Shown: in pieces, positions 58,037 to 64,000 of the stretch
How positions within the stretch are numbered: the stretch's first letter is position 1
Layout: the number at the start of each line of letters is the position of its first letter
From: Desulfolunaceae bacterium
GTDB taxonomy: Bacteria; Desulfobacterota; Desulfobacteria; Desulfobacterales; Desulfolunaceae
Reading direction: 5' to 3'
Length of the DNA: 64,000 nt
Assembly: GCA_942491485.1 (NCBI GenBank)
Contig: CALOAX010000002.1
Location: 717,821-781,820, forward strand
The notes under the pieces: model-generated
Told to the model about the DNA's origin: nothing
Database searches by the model: none
Seen by the model: only the letters and a program-made list of their open reading frames with translations
Position numbers and translations under genes: made by a program

Positions 58037-58185
58037 ATGGTTCAGACAAAGCCAAGAGCCATAGACCGCCGAAGTGACTCCGGCCAAAGCCAAGCCAGAG
58101 TCAGCAGCTCTCATCGATAGCGGTTAAACCATGAAGAGTCCTTCGGGCAACATGAAGGAGATTGAATCCCCTTACCGTTGATCAG

Positions 58186-58274
58186 GGGGAAAGCCCGTCA
58201 TCGACTGTGACGTACCGGAGAAACGAAGGTACGGAGCATTTGCGAACCTGGGGTGCAGGGGCTGTAGCCCCGCC
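58186..58274 (-). repeat. TGCCTCCGG-family partial arm
   Basis: AAGCCCGTCA...GAGAAACGAAGG...GGGGTGCAGGGGCTGTAGCCCCG. Confidence 0.7.
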
Positions 58275-58275
58275 C

Positions 58276-59163
58276 TCAACGCCCTTCGATCAACACATTC
58301 ATGAAATGTTCAGTGGGAATGCTCAAGGGGCTGTTTTTGTTGGTGACGATACCGATGGAGCGGGAAGGCAGGGTCTCTTTGAGGTCAAGAATTCGAACAG
58401 TTTTTTCATCCTTGGGGATGGCGTCGGCCATAACAAAACCGACCCCTAACCCGATGCGGACGAAATCGACAATGAGGTCGATGCTTTCCAGCTCAAATTC
58501 AGGGGCAAGGGTCTCTTTCTGTACGCGGAAAAAGGCGTCAAGATACCTGCGCGTGTTGGTGTTGGGGGTAAGGGTGATGAGGGGAAAATTTTTCAGGTCC
58601 TTTATCGACGGGTTTTCCGGCAGCTGATCGGCGTAGGCATCTGTGCAGATGGCGACCTCTTGGAACCCCTTGATCTCTGTAATATTCACCCCCTTGCTCT
58701 TCATGTTGTCAGGCAGGTTCACGATGCCGAAATCCATCTTGCCGCCGGCGATGTCCTCAAGGGTCTGCATGGAGGGCTGGTTGGTGATATTGATTTTTAT
58801 GTTCGGATAATCCGCGTGGAACCGCTTGATATAGTCGAGAAGAAAATAGCGGCAGATGGTATCGCTGGCCCCGATCTTCACCTCACCGTACCCCAGGGTT
58901 TTCGTATTTTCAATGTTCCGCTCCCCGGCCTTGATGAGGTCAAAAGCTTCGGCGATATGGAAGAAGAGCATCTCCCCCTCTTTGGTAAGCTGCATGTTGC
59001 GCTTGTTGCGGATAAAGAGCAAAATATCAAGCTGGTTCTCCAGCTGCTTGATGGACTGGGAGACAGAGCTCTGGGTCACAAAAAGCGATTCCGCGGCCCG
59101 CGTGAAGCTAAGGTTCTTCGCCGCGTGATAGAAGACCTTGTAAAGTTCGAAATTGACGTTCAT
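58276..59163 (-). CDS. LysR-family regulator
   Basis: SFTRAAESLFVTQSSVSQSIKQLE HTH; divergent from purL. Confidence 0.94.
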   Translation of the reverse strand: MNVNFELYKVFYHAAKNLSFTRAAESLFVTQSSVSQSIKQLENQLDILLFIRNKRNMQLTKEGEMLFFHIAEAFDLIKAGERNIENTKTLGYGEVKIGASDTICRYFLLDYIKRFHADYPNIKINITNQPSMQTLEDIAGGKMDFGIVNLPDNMKSKGVNITEIKGFQEVAICTDAYADQLPENPSIKDLKNFPLITLTPNTNTRRYLDAFFRVQKETLAPEFELESIDLIVDFVRIGLGVGFVMADAIPKDEKTVRILDLKETLPSRSIGIVTNKNSPLSIPTEHFMNVLIEGR

Positions 59164-59187
59164 GTTTCATCCTTTATAAAAAAAGCA

Positions 59188-59350
59188 TGCCTCCGGCAGC
59201 CAGGGGATAATCCCCTGGACCCCAGGTTCGCGAATGCTCCCACCCTTCGTGCCTCAGGGTGATCACATTCGCTGACGGGCTGTGCCCGTGAATAACAACA
59301 GAGAATTTTCCCCCTTCGTGGAGCCCGAAGGGCGCTTCGTGTTCTTCGTG
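59188..59350 (+). repeat. TGCCTCCGG-family arm
   Basis: TGCCTCCGGCAGCCAGGGGATAATCCCCTGGACCCC...ACGGGCTGTGCCCGTG. Confidence 0.85.
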
Positions 59351-59777
59351 GTTTATCATGCACTTTAAGCCAAAGGTATCCAGGTTAATTCGCGTCTGCA
59401 TTCTCGGCATCGTGCAGTAGTGTCCACCGAGCTCAACACATTTTATCTGCTGCGGTTGGCCCTTACACGGCAACAGCGACAGCCTTAAGCGAAAATATTT
59501 TCAACGCCTCCCATTCGTCTTGGGCTCTCTTATTTGCCTGACAAGAGACCACCTTTCAAGAACAAATCGTGCCCTCAGTGAAAAAAACCTATCATTAGCC
59601 CAGACTGTTATTGATGTTATAATTATTAATTACATTTATAAAACCGGCTATGATAAGTCAATATGGTACTTCGGTTCTTCAACCAAGATTATAAAGAGCC
59701 GTGGTCGATGCATGGAAACAACCATCTTTTTCGCAACTTTCAGGTATTAACCATATATATGTTTCAGGGGACTCCAC

Positions 59778-62700
59778 ATGCCAAACAAGATTAGACGGGT
59801 CTTTGTTGAGAAGAAAGCAACCTTCAAAGTCGAGGCGGATCATCTGCTCTCGGATATCACGCACAACCTGAACATCACAGCGGTCAAAGATGTCCGCATC
59901 ATCAACTGCTACGAATGCCTTGGCTTTGATGACGCCACCTTTGACCTCGCCAAAGCGAACGTCTTCAGCGAGCCCAACACCGACAATGTCTACGAAGATA
60001 CGGCCCTTTTTACCGGGGCCGATTTTGTTTTCAGGATGGGACTTCTTCCCGGACAGTATGACCAGCGTGCCGACTCGGCCATGCAATGCGTTCAACTCTT
60101 AACCGCCGGAGAGCGCCCCCTCATTCGGGCCTCTAAGGTCATCGCCATCAATGGCGACCTCTCCGATGCCGAAAAAGAGAAGATCAAGACCCACCTTATT
60201 AACGTGGTGGAGTCCTGCGAGCTGGACCTAGCGCTTCCCGAGACCATCGAAATGGACGCGGTGGTTCCTGACGATGTGATGGTATTCGATGGGTTCACCG
60301 ACTTTACCGAAGCCGAACTTTCCGCCTTCAAGGACGCCGAAGGCTTTGCCATGAGCATGGGGGACATCCTCTCCTGCCAGGACTACTTCAAGAATACCGA
60401 AAAGCGTAACCCCACCATCACCGAACTCAAGGCCATCGATACCTACTGGTCCGATCACTGCCGTCACACCACCTTCATGACCGAAATCGAAGAGGTGACG
60501 TTCCAGGAAGGGGTTTACACCGAAGAGATCCGGAAAGCCTACGACCTCTACCGGCAGGACCGGGTTGCCTGCGGCACCAAGAAGCCCGAGTGCCTCATGG
60601 ACCTTGCCTGCATCGCCGCAAAGTCCCTTTCCAAAGAGGGCTACCTGAAAGACATCGACGTCAGCGAGGAGATCAACGCCTGCAGCATCAACGTGGATGT
60701 TAACGTGGACGGGGAGAAGGTCCCCTACCTGGTGATGTTCAAAAACGAGACCCACAACCACCCCACGGAGATCGAGCCCTTCGGCGGCGCGGCCACCTGC
60801 CTGGGCGGCGCCATCCGTGACCCCTTGTCCGGCCGTTCCTACGTCTACCAGGCCATGCGCATCACAGGCGCGGCAGACCCCAGGACTCCCTACGAAGAGA
60901 CCCTCCCCGGCAAGCTGCCCCAGCGCACCATCAGCAAGCGGGCCGCCCACGGCTACAGCTCCTACGGCAACCAGATCGGCGTCACCACCGGCTTTGTCAA
61001 AGAGTATTACAACGACCGCTTCCTGGCCAAGCGCATGGAGGTGGGGGCCGTTATCGCCGCCACCCCCAAAGATCAGGTCATTCGCGAGGTACCGGAACCC
61101 GGGGACATCGTCATCCTGGTGGGCGGACGCACCGGCCGTGACGGCTGCGGCGGGGCCACCGGCTCCAGCAAGGAGCACACCGAAGAGTCCCTGGCCACCT
61201 GCGGCGCGGAAGTACAAAAAGGCAACGCCCCGGAAGAGAGAAAGATTCAGCGCCTCTTTAAAAACGAGACCGTCTCGAAAATGATCATCCGCTGCAACGA
61301 CTTCGGCGCCGGCGGCGTCTCCGTTGCGGTGGGAGAGCTGGCCGACAGCATCGACATCTTCCTGGACCGTGTGCCCAAAAAATACGACGGCCTGGACGGC
61401 ACCGAGCTCGCCATCTCCGAATCCCAGGAGCGCATGGCTGTGGTCGTTCGTAAAGAGAACGCCGACGACTTCATCCGCCTGGCCGGTGAAGAGAACTTAG
61501 AGGCCACCGCCATCGCCAACATCACGGACACCGGCCGCCTGAGGATTGAGTGGCGGGGCAACTGGATCATCGATGTCTCCCGTGAATTCCTGGACACCAA
61601 CGGCGTCAGCCAGTCCACAAAAATTGAGGTGGAGGCCCCTTCCAAAGAAGCCAGCGTCTTTAATAAGAAGGCAACCGGCGACCTTGCCGACATCTGGGTA
61701 AACACCCTTAAGGACCTCGGCGTTGCAAGCCAGAAAGGCCTGGTGGAACTCTTCGACAGCACCATCGGATCAGGCTCCGCCCTCATGCCCCATGGCGGAA
61801 AAACCTACCAGACCCCCACCGAAGGCATGGCCGCCAAGATTCCCGTCGAAAAAGGCGAAACCACCACCGGTACCCTCATGACCCACGGCTACAACCCGGA
61901 GATGGCCATTTGGTCCCCCTTCCACGGCGGCATGTACGCCGTTGTGGAGAGCGTGGCCAAGGTCGTTGCCATGGGCGGCAACTACCAGGACATCTACCTC
62001 TCCCTCCAGGAGTACTTTGAAAAGCTGCGAGGGGAAGCGGTTCGCTGGGGCAAGCCCTTTGCCGCGCTCCTCGGTGCCTTCCGGGCCCAGAAAGAGTTCA
62101 AGATCGGCGCCATCGGCGGCAAGGACTCCATGTCCGGATCCTTCAAAGACCTTGACGTGCCCCCCACCCTCATCTCCTTTGCCGTGGAAGCCATGGACAT
62201 GGAGAAACTCATCTCCCCCGAATTCAAACGGGCCGACTCCAGGGTCGTGATGATCCAGGCGAACCGAAACGATGCCGACGTCATCGACTTTACCGACCTG
62301 AAAGAGAAATACGATCTCGTCACCAGGCTCATGGCCGAGGGGCACATCGTCAGCGCCCACACCGTCAGCAAAGGCGGAGCCGTGGCAGCCATCTCAAAAA
62401 TGTGCTTCGGCAACAAACTGGGCATGGCCGTAACCCCTGAGATCTCGAACGAACTTTTAACAGAAGAGGCCATCGGCTCCCTGATCCTCGAAGTGAGTTC
62501 CGAAAAAGAGCTTGCAGAACTCTTCACCACGGCCTATGTCGATCTTGGTATGGTAACCGAAACCGAGACCATCACACACGGCGAGATGACCCTCTCCCTT
62601 TCAGAGCTCATCTCCGCCTGGGAAGCACCCTTGAACGATATCTTCGAGATCAAAGAGGACCACCAGGGTCCCATTGAAACCCTCAGCCATGTTGCCCCTT

Positions 62701-63527
62701 TGATCCATGTGGCCAAACACAAGGTGGCAAGGCCGAAGGTCATCATCCCGTCCTTTCCCGGCACCAACTGCGAGATCGACACCCAACGCGCCTTTACCCG
62801 CGCAGGGGCCGACGTGGAGGTGGTGGTGTTCCGTAACCTCACCGCCGCCTGGGTCGAGGAGTCCATCGCCACCCTTTCAGATAAGATCAAAGGCGCCCAG
62901 ATCATTGCCCTTCCCGGCGGATTTTCCGCGGGTGACGAGCCCGAAGGATCCGGCAAATTCATCTCCTCCATTTTCAAAAATGAAGTGGTAAAAGAAGCCG
63001 TCCACGGCCTCTTAAACGATCGGGACGGCCTCATGCTCGGCATCTGCAACGGCTTCCAGGCCCTTGTCAAACTCGGCCTACTGCCCTACGGTAACATTCA
63101 GACGTTGGATGAGGACGCACCCACCCTCACCTACAACAAAATCGGCCGCCACATCGCACGCTACGCGAAGACCCGGGTCGCCTCCAACCTCTCCCCCTGG
63201 CTTTCAGGAACCGAGGTGGGCGACGTCTATGAGTCGGCACTCTCCCACGGTGAGGGACGCTTCTTTGCCAATGACGAGGTGCTTAAAAAACTCATCGAAA
63301 ACGGGCAGGTCGCCACCCAATATGTGGACGAGACAGGCAACGCCACCTACGACGGTACCAGCAACCCCAACGGCTCCATCTACGCCATTGAGGGCATCAC
63401 CAGCGCTGACGGTCGTATTTTTGGTAAGATGGGACACAGCGAACGTATCGGAAGCCATGTAGCCGGAAACATCTACGGCGAAACAGATATGAAGATCTTT
63501 GAGTCTGGGGTAAAGTACTTCCAGTAA
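59778..63527 (+). CDS. purL: Phosphoribosylformylglycinamidine synthase, fused large (clostridial-type) form
   Basis: YWSDHCRH, KNETHNHPTEIEPFGGA, NDFGAGG, FPGTNCE, GICNGFQ and KMGHSER. Confidence 0.97.
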   Translation: MPNKIRRVFVEKKATFKVEADHLLSDITHNLNITAVKDVRIINCYECLGFDDATFDLAKANVFSEPNTDNVYEDTALFTGADFVFRMGLLPGQYDQRADSAMQCVQLLTAGERPLIRASKVIAINGDLSDAEKEKIKTHLINVVESCELDLALPETIEMDAVVPDDVMVFDGFTDFTEAELSAFKDAEGFAMSMGDILSCQDYFKNTEKRNPTITELKAIDTYWSDHCRHTTFMTEIEEVTFQEGVYTEEIRKAYDLYRQDRVACGTKKPECLMDLACIAAKSLSKEGYLKDIDVSEEINACSINVDVNVDGEKVPYLVMFKNETHNHPTEIEPFGGAATCLGGAIRDPLSGRSYVYQAMRITGAADPRTPYEETLPGKLPQRTISKRAAHGYSSYGNQIGVTTGFVKEYYNDRFLAKRMEVGAVIAATPKDQVIREVPEPGDIVILVGGRTGRDGCGGATGSSKEHTEESLATCGAEVQKGNAPEERKIQRLFKNETVSKMIIRCNDFGAGGVSVAVGELADSIDIFLDRVPKKYDGLDGTELAISESQERMAVVVRKENADDFIRLAGEENLEATAIANITDTGRLRIEWRGNWIIDVSREFLDTNGVSQSTKIEVEAPSKEASVFNKKATGDLADIWVNTLKDLGVASQKGLVELFDSTIGSGSALMPHGGKTYQTPTEGMAAKIPVEKGETTTGTLMTHGYNPEMAIWSPFHGGMYAVVESVAKVVAMGGNYQDIYLSLQEYFEKLRGEAVRWGKPFAALLGAFRAQKEFKIGAIGGKDSMSGSFKDLDVPPTLISFAVEAMDMEKLISPEFKRADSRVVMIQANRNDADVIDFTDLKEKYDLVTRLMAEGHIVSAHTVSKGGAVAAISKMCFGNKLGMAVTPEISNELLTEEAIGSLILEVSSEKELAELFTTAYVDLGMVTETETITHGEMTLSLSELISAWEAPLNDIFEIKEDHQGPIETLSHVAPLIHVAKHKVARPKVIIPSFPGTNCEIDTQRAFTRAGADVEVVVFRNLTAAWVEESIATLSDKIKGAQIIALPGGFSAGDEPEGSGKFISSIFKNEVVKEAVHGLLNDRDGLMLGICNGFQALVKLGLLPYGNIQTLDEDAPTLTYNKIGRHIARYAKTRVASNLSPWLSGTEVGDVYESALSHGEGRFFANDEVLKKLIENGQVATQYVDETGNATYDGTSNPNGSIYAIEGITSADGRIFGKMGHSERIGSHVAGNIYGETDMKIFESGVKYFQ

Positions 63528-63551
63528 ACGGGCATCATTAAAGGATTCACA

Positions 63552-64000
63552 ATGAATTGCGACAAGTTTAAAGACGAATGCGGTGTTCTGGGAATCTTCT
63601 CAAAAACGAGCCGGAACCTCTCACGCCGGGTAGCCTTCGGACTCATTTCCCTGCAGCACAGGGGCCAGGAGAGCGCCGGCATTGCAGCCTATCAGGATGG
63701 CAAGGTCAAGCACTACAAAGACATGGGCCTGGTCCAGGATGTCTTCAACAACGACATCCTGGAAGGACTCAAAGGCACCATCAGTGTGGGCCACGTGCGC
63801 TACTCCACCACCGGAGAGTCCCACGTCGCCAACGCCCAGCCCCTGGTCATCAACTATCGCGGCGGAAGCATTGCCCTGACCCACAACGGAAACCTGGTCA
63901 ACGCCGATAAGATCCGGGATGAGCTGGAGCTCTCCGGCTCCATCTTCCAGACCTCCATCGACACCGAGGTCATTGCCAACCTCATCGCCAAGAACTACTC
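63552..64000 (+). CDS. purF: Amidophosphoribosyltransferase, runs off the window
   Basis: MNCDKFKDECGVLGI...LQHRGQESAG...GHVRYST...HNGNL; missing from the ORF track because no stop falls inside the window. Confidence 0.95.
   Translation, partial: MNCDKFKDECGVLGIFSKTSRNLSRRVAFGLISLQHRGQESAGIAAYQDGKVKHYKDMGLVQDVFNNDILEGLKGTISVGHVRYSTTGESHVANAQPLVINYRGGSIALTHNGNLVNADKIRDELELSGSIFQTSIDTEVIANLIAKNY

Noticed and set aside
59640-59777. Purine or ZTP riboswitch before purL
   Set aside because: No aptamer consensus or terminator recognisable.

Overview
A 64-kb chromosomal window from a moderately GC-rich anaerobe. Gene content and repeat style suggest a sulfate-reducing Desulfobacterota/deltaproteobacterium (inference). 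It holds about 45 protein genes covering signalling (two GGDEF/EAL proteins, a hybrid kinase-RR-SBP trio, a sigma54 activator), lipid and fatty-acid handling, ion transport (riboswitch-controlled crcB, zntB, CNNM, MATE), a PspA-YqiJ-flotillin operon, a TRAP transporter with an unknown downstream protein, tRNA-His and tRNA-Arg(UCG), and the start of a clostridial-type purL-purF operon. The most striking feature is non-coding: almost every intergenic gap holds members of a modular palindromic repeat family anchored on TGCCTCCGGCGGC (more than 35 arms counted by eye), with covarying hairpins. One copy is packaged inside a 225-bp IS66-type MITE with a perfect 8-bp target duplication. Features absent from the ORF track include a CxxU selenoprotein with a SECIS hairpin (31368-31664), a 133-bp TAA-flanked MITE, an HUH/Y1 transposase bounded by GGGGACAG inverted repeats, a CueR/MerR-type promoter in front of the MATE pump, a candidate structured sRNA, and a (TAAAGGC)19 microsatellite next to an intact IS256. 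All calls were made by eye, with no database searches.
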